Below are positions 40,601 to 55,600 of a stretch of DNA of 64,000 bases, piece after piece. Numbering within the stretch: position 1 is the stretch's first letter; the number at the start of each line of letters is the position of its first letter. The DNA comes from Octopus vulgaris (lineage: Eukaryota). The stretch covers positions 42,346,001 through 42,410,000 of the forward strand of contig OX597821.1 in the NCBI GenBank assembly GCA_951406725.2, read 5' to 3'. The notes beneath the pieces are model-generated. The model was not told the origin of the DNA. It was given only the letters and a program-made list of their open reading frames with translations, and did no database searches. Made by a program: the position numbers and the translations under genes.

Positions 40601-43546
40601 TCCACTTCTTGCCAGATGGACTGTACAATGACAACAATTTACAGAAGTGATAACCTGCTCCTCCTCACAGTACTTATTCACAGCCAAGTGTCAAGTGATC
40701 TAAAAACCAGAGCAGGGGAGAGAGAGAGAACAAATGTCCTACAAACCTTTGTAACCTGGAGGAGGAGGTGGCATTTTTGAGAGGTCGATAGGTTTGCTCT
40801 CCACAAGGGCTTTGATAACGTTTTCAAATTGCTGGAATATAAGAAGAAACAATTAATACATAGTGCATATATATGTGTATCTGTATACGATAGAAATCGG
40901 TAGAATTAGTCTCTTACCTTGTTTCCTTTACATGAAGGATTCCTTTGACACATTTCTAGAAACCTGCACATAGGTCAGAAGCTCTTGGCATACTTTCAGA
41001 AAAACTCATTATTCATGTCTATTTTCCTGCGTAACTATTTTTTGCATGTAGTTGGAAGTTATGCTAATGCTATAGTAGTGTTTCTCCTGACAGAGAGCAG
41101 GCCCTACACTCCTTGGAGAGGGGTTATGGGTATTGAAAAGGAACGGGAAAATTGTCACATTTAATAAAATTAAGTGGTTTTAAACTGTTTAACCCTTTAG
41201 CATTCAGATTCCTCTGCCAAATGTAATGCTTATTTATTCACATTGTTTTGAATTAATTATGCAATATCTTGTACCTTTGAGATTTTCATGATGTGATTTT
41301 TATATTTTTAGAATGATATTGTAGGGTAGGGGTGAGAGGCCAGATCTGGCTGGTCTGAACATAAAACAGCTGGAATATCTGGACTAGATATGGCCAATTT
41401 AAATGCTAATTGGTTAAACATGTCTATAACTATAGTGAAAAAAGAATTACACAGATTTAAACTGTATTTTGTCTTCACATTAATAAAGACACAAAGGAGG
41501 TTAAAATTTTCACTGATATCATTTTCTTTTCTCATGTTTGTTCACAAATCACTATTGTAGTACCATTGTATCTTGTCAAAGACTTTATTACATATATCTG
41601 CATTGAGAAATTGTGTCTCATGAATATACTTTTAACTCATATCTCATTATTATCATCATTGTTTTAATGTCTACTTTCCCATGCTTGCTTGAGTGGGACA
41701 GAATTTATTGAGATAAATTTTCTAAGGCCTGATTGACTTCCTGTTGCTAGTCTTCATCTACTTCCAAGCAAGGAAGGTAATATCTCTCCATGGCCAGACA
41801 TGTTCTCACAGACTATTGGAAATGAATGACACTACCTGTATGTTAATGACACTCATTTACAACTTACACATGATATCAAGACAAAGAGACACAAATATTG
41901 GGTTGTCCGGAAAGTTTGCGCCGATTTTTAAAGGAAAGAAAATGGTCAATAAATACTTGCCATTACATTTTTAATTGACCAAATATGAACCATTTGAAAA
42001 TACCCCCTTCCCAGAAATGAGGTGGTTTCATGGCAAAGAATTCATCAAGGTATCTTTTTACGTCATCCAAGGAATTGAAATTTTTATTATTAAGACTATT
42101 CTGCAGAGACCTGAATAAAAGTGGAAATCCGAAGGAGCAATATCTAGTGAATATGGTGGGCGGGGTAACACATCCCAGCCGAGCTGCAGCAATTTTTGTC
42201 TGGTTCTCAAAGCATTAAGTACCAAAAATGAACTTTCTTATCTTCCATTTTAAAGGGTTACAGAATTAACACAGGTTATAGGAACATAAACCTTCTTCCA
42301 CGAAAAGATAGCTTAAACTGTGCTCTAAATGGAGGTGTAGTCAAATCTTATTTTATGGACTCAACCATGTTCTAAAATAAGTCAAAAGGTAAGCTACTAT
42401 AAACCGGCACAAACTTTCCGGACAACCCAATATATACACATTCTCTCTCTCCCTCTTACACACACCTTAGTAGTCTTTTGAGTCCCAGAAAGGTGATTCT
42501 GCAATTTCTTGCTGAACAACCTGCACAGATGATTTGCTAATAGTGAGCAAATGCTTGTGCTTTACAGGACCTCATTCCCTCCATTAAATCTATACTGCCT
42601 GTATAGGTGCACAATGCGCCAAACATTGAAGTGATCAAAGAGTATCATGAAATAAAGTGTTTTGCTCAAGAACACAACTCACTAGCCTGTTTGAAATTCA
42701 GGACCATGATTTCATAATAGTAAGTACAACACTCTAATCTTTATGTGTGCGCCCACATGTGTGTGTGTGTATGTAAAAAAAAAAAAAGAGCAGCCAGCTG
42801 TCATTCACAAACAAGTATGACTTAGTAATGTGCACTATGCGTTTACTAATTGATTTAGGTGCCTGTGTAGTCATGAGTAGACATAGACAAACCCTCACCC
42901 TTGAGTGAGAAGAACATCCAAGATGTAACAGCTGCAGAGAGAGAGAGAGAGAGAGAGGGTGTGGCTTTACTAGCACCCAGCTGGTCCTCATTTTCAGTTA
43001 GAAGACTGGCATGACATGAAATGAAGTGCTGTTCCAGTATACAATGAGCCACTTAACCTGGGAATTGAACACATAACCATATGATCAAGCCAAATACCTG
43101 AACCACCAGGCCACATACCTTCACTGTATATGTATGTGTACGCATATGCACACAGAAATAATTTAATTACCTTCGCTACATGCGCATATTTCGTAGCAGT
43201 TGATATATCACCAGACTTCTTGGCAACCATAGCAGCAGATTTATATTGATCTCGTCGCTCACACAGCATATTGTGAGTACTATTTGCTGAAATTAAATAT
43301 AAACATCAGGTATAATGATAGTAATAATAATAATCCTTTCTGCTATAAGCACAAGGCCTGGAATTTGGGAGGAAGGGACTAGTCGATTACATCAACCCCA
43401 GTGTTTTACTGGTACTTAATTTATCGACCCCGAAAGGATGAAAGGCAAAGTTGACGTCAGTACAATTTGAACTTAGAATGTAAGGACAGACAAAATGCCA
43501 CTAAGCATTTTGCCCAGCATGATAATGATTCTGCCAGCTTGCTGCC

Positions 43547-43601
<55 letters not shown>

Positions 43602-46600
43602 GTAATGATGATAATTTCAAATTTTAACACAAGGCAGCAATTTTTGGGGAGGGAGTAAGTCGATTTCATTGCTCCCAGTACTCAACTGGTATTTATTTTA
43701 TTGACTCATGGTTTGTTGATTACTCCTCAAAGAAGACATAGCTTCCTTCTCCCATCAATGAACATAGGTTAGTTGTTAAATAAAGCAATAATAAATTTGT
43801 ATATTCGTACTTTTAACAGCTCATCATTAAACCTACATACAAGTAACTGGTGAAAAATTAAAGACAGAAAAAAAAATGAAGAACTGATGATGCATATTTT
43901 TAAAAAGGCCACCAAAATGACAACAGACGAAAAAAAAAAAAAACAAAGAAAAGAAACAGACCTCCAGAAGATTCTGGTATTGGATGCTTCATCTGATCGA
44001 CTCTCACAGGTTTTGGTTGCTGTGGAGGTGGAGGTTGGGGTCTGTGAGTGCTAGGCATTGAAGAAGATGATGAGGATGGGGATTGTGCTGGACTGCGTGC
44101 AGTATCATGGGAGGACTTTGGAGGCAGTGGTGGAAGTACTGGGACAGCTCCAATAGGTGGTTGACCAGGAGGCTTCTCAACTATATTCCTTGGTGGAAGG
44201 GCAGGAGCAGCAGATCTAATTGGAGACTCTTCTTGTCTTGGTACATTATCTGGAAAGTTTAACGTATTATTAATTAACAAATACCATTATATATTCGTTT
44301 ATTCTTTCAAAGGTCAGTCATTTTAGTACAGCAATGCAGGGCACTACCTTCAAGGATTCAGTTTGTCATATCAACCTCAATATTTATTTCAATCTGGTAC
44401 TTAGCTCAATCAGCTCTAGTTGTCAAAATGTCAATACACAATGAATATACAAACCACAGACACTCATAAATGAATGCACAAAACACACACTCATATGTGA
44501 TGAAAAGAAAATGCACAATTTAAATGGCGGTGCCCCAGCATGGCCACAGCTCATTAGCTGAAACTGGAAAAATCAAAATCAATCAAATTCTCTTGATATT
44601 GTAATTAATCAAATTATTCCAAAGTACATTATTACATACTAGTTTCACTTTTAATAGGAGATAATCATTATAATGTACATGTGTAAAGGTGGCTTTTAGC
44701 CCACAATTACAATGACTATCTCTTGTCAGAAGAGAAACAAGTATGTAAAATTGTACTTTGGAATAATTTGATTAATTACAATACAAAAGGGGTTGTGCAT
44801 TTCCAATTTTTTATGTTGTTGATATCTCAAAACTTGAATGGAATATTTTCAACTTTTTGTCTGTGTGTGTCTGCATGTGAGGGCTTCTGCAGAAGTTACC
44901 ATCAAATAAGTCTCCACTCATATGATACAAGTATATAAGTACTATGTAACTATTCAGTCCATAATGAGAATGTAATGTCAATCTGGCTTTAAATAGACAT
45001 CAAGAACAAGTACTTAGTAGTAAATAATAAACAATTATTTTTTCGTTTAAAACAATTAGAAGACCAAAATACAAAAATAAAAACACACTTCTTTCAGGTA
45101 AGGGTGGCTGAACTTGTACAGGAATTGGTTGGTCTTGAGTCTTAACTGAAGACGGTTCTTTTTTTCGAACAGAAACTGGAGGTGGGATAGAATCCTCTGA
45201 TATTTTACGGCCTGCTTTTGCATCTTTCAGTAACTCCTCTAAAGTCTATAAAACAAAACAAACATTTATTATCAACATAATCATCAGTTTCATACTATCA
45301 TTGGAAACTGTATAATAGAATGTGGTTTACAATTTAAAATACAGGGTCATTACAGAAGTAACTTTTTAGTTTTACACCACTATAATCTTTTATGCCAATA
45401 AATCGAAATCGAATTGAACCAGCCAGGATCCCTGGTCTGGTGGTACGTAAAAAGCACTATCCGACTCGTAGCCGATGCCAGCACCACCTCGACTAGCTTC
45501 CGTGCCGGTGGCACATAAAATACACCAATCCGACCGTGGCCGTTGCCAGCCTCGCCTGGCACCTGTGCAGGTGGCACGTAAAAAGCACCCACTACACTCA
45601 CGGAGTGGTTGGCGTTAGGAAGGGCATCCAGCTGTAGAAACATTGCCAGATAAGACTGGAGCCTGGTGCAGCCTTCTGGCTTCCCAGATCCCCGGTCGAA
45701 CCGTCCAACCCATGCTAGCATGGAGAACGGACGTTAAACGATGATGATGATGATGAACACCCCTAAAAGTTGCAGTGTTCTCAGAGTTAGCTCAAATTCT
45801 TTTACATTTACTTTTCCTTGGTACCCTCATCTTTATCAGTCAACCTCTGTATAATGAAACAGTTTCTTTTGGTGTATTTGGCACTGTTCCAAAACAATGT
45901 AAACATACATACACACACAGAAACATACATACATAATATATATACAACAGGTAAGTACACATACATATACTGGCCAATGTAGTCTCTAATATATGAGATA
46001 GAACGGTCTAGGCAGGAATGCTGAGAATCATAAACCTGTTAGAACAAGAAAACAACAAGGGGTTAAGCAACAATGACAACAATAAATGGAGATGTTTTCT
46101 CAAATGTATTGCTCCTTACTTTAATTCCTCTGGTCAACCTTCTTTTCTTACTTGATTCATCTGTATTGGACAGAGCACTGGTGTACATGGACATACGATC
46201 TTTTAGTAAGGTAACAGAGTCTGGAGATGGACTGGATGGCTGTTGGTGGACAGCTGGTCTTGAAACTGGGAGTTGATCAGAGGTAGAAACTGGTATTGTA
46301 GGAGCAAGAGTTGGAATAGACGTATCACTCATTAACTCATTGAGTTCTTTCTGAAACAGATATGGTAGCACATATAAAAGAACCAGTTCACAGAGATGTA
46401 AAGATATATGTGTGTGTGTGTGTGTGTGTGAGGGGGTGAGAGAGATGGGCTGGATGACTAAAAACATGATGAATTTGTAACCAAGAATTAAAATCTGACA
46501 TGAAAATAGCAGCATAACCCACCAGAAAACAAAATCTGCCTCACTTCTGGTGAGAGAGAAAAGACTGATTCATTCAATTTCAAAGAAAGGAAAAGAATAA

Positions 46601-49600
46601 ATGTGAATTTTGATGGGGATTGAAGATACTTAATTGAGGAGAAGGAGTAGGGTCTTGGTTCTCAGCAGTAACTTCCAGAGTGATGAGGTTGATATCAGTG
46701 TTGTTTAGATTGGATACCAGTTGGATTCATACATACTATAAAACTGTAAAAAGGTGGGTGAGGAGAGAATTGTAGAGGGATAAAATCTTGAGAGAGAAAT
46801 ATATGACTGAACAAAATGTTTAGGGGTGATTTTGACTGGAGGAAGGAAGGGTGGAAAAAGGAAGAGAAGTAGTGCATTGCTAATGAAAAATGCTATACAG
46901 TTAACTAATTCAGTGGAACAGAGACTGTTGTAGATAGAGCTACAGTGGTTGTAGCATTCATATAGATGAATCTTTGCCAATCAATCAAATAACCCTTCTT
47001 TTGGAAGTGGTGTAGGATATCTATAAAACAGTAACACCAAATATATATAAACAGTATACCAATGTAGGTCTTATGTTTTTTAAATCCTTTTGTCACCATA
47101 ATTCTGTTAAAACCCTGCTTTTGCTTCAATTAATTTTGAAAGTAATGAAAGATTTAATAAAATAATTTTGCCATTATTAAGATGGTGTTTGAGGCATACA
47201 TTATATGATCAAAAGTATCCAGACACCCTGCAAAATGTGTGCTTATCATAGAAGATGACTCAGTACTACCATTCACCATGTGGAACACATGGTCAGTGAT
47301 CTCAGTAGCCAGCATACAGTGCTAGGCAGCAGAATGTGACACTCTGCACAACTAACATAGTTTCAACATGGTCTGGTGATCAGGTGTCATTTGTCTAATA
47401 ATCCTTTACGCAAGATTTCTACCCTCCTGAACATATCTAGGTCCACTGTTTCCAATGTAATAGTGAAGTGGAAATGTAAAGGGATGTGTACAACCCAAAC
47501 GCATTTGGGCCAACCTCCCATGTTAACCCCTAGAGACCATCAAGTGTTGAAGAGGATGGTACAACATAATTGTCTATCACCCCTCACCACCATCACTCAG
47601 GAATTCCAACCTGCAGCAAGATCTACTCCAAGCACCATGACTGTTCAGTACGAGATGCAGAAAATTGGTTTCCATGGAAGAACAGCTGCTCATAAGCCAC
47701 ACATCACACAAACAATCTCAACACCACCTCACGTGGTGTAAAGAGCATCGAAACTGGACTACAGAACAGTGGAAAACTGTTGTATGGAGTGATGAACCAC
47801 ATTACACAATGTGGTGATTTGATGGTAGAGCATGGGTATGGTGAATGCCTGGGGAGTGATATACACCAGCCTGTATAGTGCCAACCGTGAAATTTGACAG
47901 TGATGGGATCATGTTGCGGTCATGTTTCACCTGAAGTGGAGCTTGGCCCCCCCGTGTTGCTTTACATGGTACTGCCATGGCACAAGTTACACTGACATTT
48001 TAACCACTTTCATGTTGCCTACTGTCAAAGACCAGTTTGGGGATGGCCCTTGCATATTTCAACATGGCTAAGCACCCGTCCATACAGCAGGGGTCTATGC
48101 AGAATGGGCTGCCATTCCCCAGGGAACCTTCAGCCACCTCATTGAAAGCATGCTTATGAAAGTGGAGGCTGTCATCAAGGCTAAGGGTGGGCCAACACTG
48201 TATTGACTGCCAGAGTTCCTGATGGAGAGTAGCCCGAACTTGTACTTCCTTATCAAGTGGGTTTCTGGATACTTTTGATCACATAGTGTAAATTAACATG
48301 AAAATTTTAATAGAAAGCTTCAATTTAGATCACTTTAAACAGGAAGTTTGAATAATGAACCAAGGGCTATCTCAGGTGGGTTGATATCAAAAGGGTTAAA
48401 GGGTCAGCAACCAATCAAAATTATTTTCTGGCTAAAACAAGAAATTTAGTCATTGTGATGCAGTTTAGCAAATGTTTATAAAATAAAATTCTAAGTAAAA
48501 GATCATTTAGAAATTGTGAGGCCTTGCATTTGACTTTGACAGGATTTTTTCTCTGGGTTTTAAGCATAAGAAGGAAGTGATACTACTACTACCAGAACCA
48601 GTACAGAAGCAATGTACTTTAGTTTGGTTAGTTTAAAGCCATGCTGGAGCACTATGTTGTAGATTTTATTTTAATGTTTACAGAATTAAAAGAATATCTA
48701 TTTATTCATTTATTTCCTACAGGGGGCTAAACACAGAGGGGACAAAGAAGGACAGACAAAGGGATTAAGTCGATTACATCAACCCCAGTAGTAAATGGTA
48801 CTTATTTAATCAACCACAAAGGGATGAAAGGCAAAGTTGACCTAGGCGGATTTTGAACTCAGAATGCAATGGCAGACGAAATACCGCTAAGCATTTCGCC
48901 TGGCATGCTAATAGTATCTATTTCTACCACTAATACTCAACCACCATAACAAAACAAAAGATAAATTTATTCAATTCAGGTATATGGCTAAGAAATTTAC
49001 TTCACAAATACATGGTTACACGTTCAATCCCACTGTATGGAATCTTAGGCCAATATTAATTCTACCATACACTGAAGTTGAACAAGGTCTTGGGCATGAA
49101 ATTTACAAGATGGAAGCTGCAAAAGGCCATCATATATATATTATATATATTGTGTGTGTGAGAGAGCATGTGCACGTGTGTGTGAGTATATGCATGTAAG
49201 ATATGCTCCTATTTGTGAAAAGTAGACTTAACCATTAGATAAATGGAAATTGATAAAATAAGTACCCGATCAATTTAATCAAGAAAAAATCTCAGAGTTT
49301 TACTTTGTCCACAGCATGGCCACAGTCCGAAGACTGAAACCAATAACAGAAGACTAAAAGAAAAGTTGACAGTATGGCTGTGTGGTAAGAAGTTTGCTTC
49401 TCAACCATGTGGTCTTGAGTTTAGATTCACTGCGTGGCATCTTGGTCAAGTGCCTTTTGCTAAAACTCCGGGCTGGCCAAAGCTTTGTGAATGGATTTGG
49501 TAGCCAGAAACAGAAAGAAGACTGTCATATGTGTTTGTGTGTGTGTATGTATATTTATGTGTCCGTGTACCCCCCACCATTGCCTGACAACCGATGTTGG

Positions 49601-52600
49601 TGTGTTTACATCCCTGTAACTTAGCAGTAAAAAAGACCAATAGCATAAGTACTAGGCTCACAAAAAATAAGTCCTGGGGTTGATTTCTTCGACTAGAAAC
49701 CCTTTAAGACGGTGCTCCAGCATGGCCACAGTCAACTGACTGAAACAAGTAAAAGAATAAGAGAATACCAAAAGTTCAGGATCTTCATTTTCAGACATTT
49801 CCTCATCACTTGGGATGTCTTGCATACTTTCTGCTGCCATCTTGTTGATGTCTGATAGAGTGACAATACCTAGAAAAAAAATATATATATGTATATATGC
49901 ATACACACACATACGTATATAAATATGTATACAGGTCAACATCTAAATATACTGGAAACAACTTATACACACAGATATTAAAATGAATAGCCATTTGAGA
50001 CTCAAAACTTCTCAAAATTTCATGTGTTACTTACACAATTATCAATACACATATAGAAACACCAAAATATGCTCATTCAACCAGTTATGCAATAAAGGAG
50101 TGATATAAAGCAAAAATTAGTTCTACAAATGCAAACCACACCATAGCTCATAACCACTACATTAGTATAGTGGAAAGTAAGTTTAAGTAGCGTAACATCA
50201 CCCACATATCATCCTTCAAACATAGAGAGAAGAGTTACATCCGGCACTTAAAAGAGTTTCATACTGACTCCAATTTCAATTATTATCTAAGCACAAGATC
50301 AGAGCTCTTTGTAAGATGCCACAACATCCACAAGCACCTGTTAAAATTTTGGAACTGCACTCTAGCTCTAGATCAAGCAGACTTAAATTAATCTATAATA
50401 CACTTCCTTTTTATGTTTGATAAATGTTGTGTATATAAAATAAAGAATGACAAAATATCATACTCAAAGGTCAATCTTTCAGATCTTTACCTTTTTACAG
50501 ATTAAAATAATTTTTTGTAGCTAAACACTTTCAAACTTCAGACACTGGTAGAATGTGTCATATGAAACATGTTTTACTCTTAGCATTTTTGAAAAAAACT
50601 TATATTTACAAAGTTATTTCACCTTAAAGTTCTCGTATTTTGGTAATTTCAACCAATCAATGACGTATATTCAGCTGAATAAAATTACTGCTGTTGTTTG
50701 TCAACAAGAACTTCCGGCGGTGTATATTTCGTTTGTCACTTATTTATGACAACCTTAAAACCTTAAAACCAGTACAAACGCACGAACGATGTCATAAATA
50801 ACAGTGACAAACGAAAAATACACCGCCGATAGTTGCTGTTGACAAACAACAGCAGTAATTTTATTCAGTTGAATACACGTCATTGAGTGGTTGAAATTAC
50901 CAAAATACAACAACTTTAACATGAAATAACTTCGTAAATATAAGCTTTTCTCAAAAATGCAAAGAGTAAAACATGTTTTATATGACACATTCTTCCAGTG
51001 TCTGAAGTTTGAAAGTGTTTAGTTACAAAAAATTATTTATTAAATCTGTAGGTCAAAAAGTAAACATCCAATCTTTCTTCATGTAGTGTTGACATTTTCT
51101 GTTGATGTGGAAAAAAGAAGACAAATGCTGATGTTTCCAATAGAGTGATCTATTCAACCACATTACATATTTCTGCAATATATTCACAATGAATTGTGCA
51201 ACCTAGCTATGAAAAGAGTATTGCATTTTAAGACCCTTTAATTGTATACTTTGCTTCAATGTTTAAAATTTCTTCTCTAATTTGACAAATCTAGCAATGA
51301 GGACTAGGTCATCAACATATAAAACTTTCCAGTCTTAAAAACCTATGCTACAGCCTGAAAAACTTGATGATCAGATATTTTATTGCCACCTCACCCAAGG
51401 ATGACCAGCAATAGTGACTTTAGTGGGAAATTAACTCAAAACATAAGAGCAGTAATTAAATACTAATTACTTTGTCTACTCAGCTATTAAATCTATCAAT
51501 CTATTGATGAAATAATCCTTTCTGCTATAGGCACAAGGTCTGGAACGTTGTCAATTACATCAACACCAGTGCACAACTGGTACTTTATTTCATCAAACTT
51601 GAAATGATGAAAAACAAAGTCTACTTTGGTGGAATCTGAACTCAGAATGTAAAGATGGACAAAATGCTGTTAAGCATTTTTTCTGGCATGCTAACAATTC
51701 TACCAGCTTGCCATTCTGACCTCAGTTAAATAATAAAAGCAAGTACTTAATCATTTCTTACCTTTATTTCTAGTAACTTTTGGGGGAGATACGTCACCAT
51801 CCAAGGCTGCCAACTCCGCAAGAATGTCTGCATCATCGCCATCATCATCATCATCAAAGTTACCTTGCAACATTGATTCAAATTCTTTTGTGTCTACACC
51901 AAGTCCAAACTATAAGAGCAAAATAATGACACAAATATACAAAACATTAAACAGCTAACCAACCATCGACCATCATCAAATCATTTTTAACATAGCTATC
52001 TTTCTATGTTGATGTTCATCACCTTCATCAACACCACTATTGTTCTATCTATTTTTCTACTCCCAGTTTTTACTAACACTTCCTTTCATCTCACCACCTG
52101 GATCATCCATACTACAAGCATTAAATCAATGCCACTATATAAAGCACACATATACACACAAATGTCTATCAGTTGTTAAGTTGTACTTAATACTGTAAAC
52201 TTTAAAACAGAAAAATCAATACAATTGTAGAGAAAGGATATATTATTGTGTGGAACTGGAAAGTTCAAATCCTGACAATGACCAGTGATTTCAACTGAGT
52301 CAAAAACATCTTCAGACTGACCAAAGGTTACTAAAGACTCCTATGCCTGAGATTAATTCACTAGTGAGTTGTCATGTTGGAGCCAGTTCTTAGCCCGAGT
52401 TACTGCCTTCTTAGATGGGTTAGCAGACCACATCTCAATTTTATTTCCCAATTTTAGCATAGTTTCTATGGCTGGATATCCTTCTTATTACTAATTACTT
52501 ATAGAGTGTGCCCCGTACTGATCTAGATCTAAAGCCAACAGAGACAAAAATATTGAGTGTACAGAAAGCAGCTGGAACTAGGAAAGGTTTTGCTTGAAAC

Positions 52601-55600
52601 CAAAGCAGTAGTAAAACTAGTACTAGCAAAAGAAAAAACTGATGCAGGGAAGCAGTTGGAGACCCAGATTACTGCTAAAGGAACTGAAAGGGACCAAACA
52701 AAACAACCAAGCATTTGCAAAATTTGTGAGGAAGAAGTGGAGGATAAACAGAGGTCGGTTGGCTGTGAGCTGTCCCATGCTCGGTACCACGCAAAATGTG
52801 TGGGTTTTGGCGAATCACTGTTCAAGGCAATCAGAGCAGAAGCAAACCAAAGGGAACAGGAATCTGGCCTCCATTGGTATTGTCCTAAACCATGCAATAA
52901 GCTAGCCAAGAAGTTCCTCCTTAGATTTGGCATGATGGAGGATAGAATGGACTCTCTTGAGAGTGAAATGAAGGAAACGAAGAACAGACTTCAAAAGATT
53001 GAAGCAGGAGAATTCCCACCAAAGATAGCAGAAGCAGTGAAGACATTGTCAGCAGTAGGAGTTGCAGCAAACCAAACGTCGAGAGCAGAAATGAGTAAAA
53101 ATGATATTGAGAAATTGATGGAGGAGAAAGCTAGGGAGCAAAGACAGAAATTGGAAGACAGAGCACGAACGAGCAAAAATTTGGTGATATTTGGACTGGA
53201 TGAACCAACTATGGAAGATAAAGAGAAAAGAAGACAGGAAGATGTTGTATATACATTGAATAGCCCTAGTTCAGTTACCTGTCTATATACAATGCTGACA
53301 GTCTTCTAAATAAAACGACTGAATTAGAGGTTATGATAGAGATACATAAGTCTGTAGTGATGGGGGTTGTGGAGATTAAACCAAAGCACTTGAGATTTGG
53401 CATCCAAGAGAGTGAAATCACCATTCCGGGATATGAAGCATTTCACAACCTTGAGAAAAGAGGACGAGGAATATGCTTATATGTCAAGAGTGAGATGAGA
53501 CCATCCTTGAATGGTAATTTAGAAACAGACTTCAAAGAGTATGTATTCATAGATTGTAAATTATGAGAAGAAACTATAACAGTTGGATTGTTCTACAGGA
53601 ACCCAAATACAAGCTCAGAGGAAAATAATGAGAGTCTAAACAGATTGCTATTAAATGTGGTAGACAAGAAACCTCAATATTTACTGCTAATCAGCGACTT
53701 CAGCTACCCCGATATAAATTGGGAACAAGACAGGCATCTGAAAATTGAGAACCATGCAGCAAGCAAATTCTTCAAGGCAACAAAGGAAGAATTCCTGATA
53801 CAGCACCAGAGAGAACCAACAAGAATCAGGGAAGGACAGTGTCCAACATGAGACGACCTGGTGATGACAAACAGGGAAGACATGATCAATGGTATCATTA
53901 TAGCACCATCCCTTGGGAAGAGTGACCATGTAGTATTGATCACCAGCTTGTCCTATGCATACCAAGAAACAGGAAAGAAAGAATATTTCAACTTTACAAA
54001 GGCAAATATAGAAGAGATGAGGAAAGACCTGGAAAATATCAGATGGGTGGATGAGCTGAAATGTCTATCAGTTGGAGAGGCATGGGAAAAGCTGCGCAAG
54101 GAATTGGACAGAGTAACAGAGAAATATGTACCAAAGATGGGAGGCTCAAGAGCAAGAAGAAAGAAGTGGCTCGATAGAGATACACTTAGAACAGTGCAGC
54201 AGAAGCACAAACTGTACAGACATTGGTTGCAGACCAAGAATGGGCAAGATTATCAGGCCTACATCAGGAGCAGAAATAAAGCAACAAAGGCATCCCGTAA
54301 AGCAAAGAAGAAATTAGAGGAAATTGTAGCAACACAAGCCAAGACAAACCCGAAGTCATTTTGGTCATACATGAAGTCAAAGATGAAATCAAAGACTGGT
54401 ATTGCAGACTTGAAAGGAAGTGATGGTTCTAAGACAACCGCAGACAAAGAGAAAGCCGATCTGCTGAATACTTTCTTTCAGAGTGTCTTCACTGTAGAGA
54501 AGGAAGGCGATCTACCAGACATGCCAGAGTACACGCATGACACAGAGTTGACCAGCTTAAACATTTCTGCGGTAAAAGTTCACAAGCAGCTGACAAACCT
54601 GAAGATTGCCAAGGCCCCATAACCAGATGGAATCAGCCCACGCATACTTTCCAAGCTATCGGATGTACTTGCTCTGCCAATCACATTTGTCTACAGAAAA
54701 TCAATGGAGACAAACAAAATCCCAGACGAGTGGAGAACTGCTAATGTCACCCTCATATTCAGAAAAGGGAGCTGTTTTGCGGTCAACAACTACAGGCCAG
54801 TAAGCTTGACTTGTGTACTGTGCAAGGTGATAGGGGTGCTTGTTCATGAGCATATCACTGAACAATTGTGGCGAAATGACCTCATCAACCAAGAACAGCA
54901 TAGGTTCACAAAGGGGAGATCATGTGTGACGCAACTGCTTGACATCTAGACTGAGGCCTTGGATGCAGGGGGAGGAGTTGATGCAATCTACATGGATTAC
55001 ATGAAAGCGTTCAACAGCGTCCCACATCGTAGGCTTGTAGCCACAGTAGAAGCTCACAATATCAAGGGATATGTCCCTCAGTGGATCCGGGGCTTCTTGA
55101 GCCACCGGTTACAACAAGTCTGTGTCAAAGGCATGAAGTCAGAGAGGGGAGAGGTGACAAGTGGCATCCCACAAGGCAGTGTCATTGGTCCAGTACTGTT
55201 TCTCATGTATATAAACAATCTGCCTCAGTATTTCCAGAGCCACGTCAGGTTATTTGTTGTCGACACAAAGATCTTTGGAAGGAATGACATTGATGTGACC
55301 ATGGCAATGCTGCAAGATGACCTGGATCGCCTTCACGAGTGATCAACAAACTGGCAAATGCTGTTCCATCCTGAGAAGTGTTCTGTCTTGAGAGTGGCGA
55401 AACCGAAGAAGGACAGGAAATACTACATAAGAGGCCCGGATGCACAGGGTGGAGGTAGCAGAAAGTGAGGTGGAGGGGGATCTTAGCATCTTGATAGACA
55501 AAGGGCTGACCTTCAGGAACCACATAAACCAAGCAACAGCAAAAGCAAATCGAATCTTTGGAGTCATCCAACGATCATTTGACTTCATCACCTGTTATCT

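Noticed and set aside
50555-50988. Pair of similar ORFs on opposite strands
   Set aside because: Artefact of the palindromic MITE
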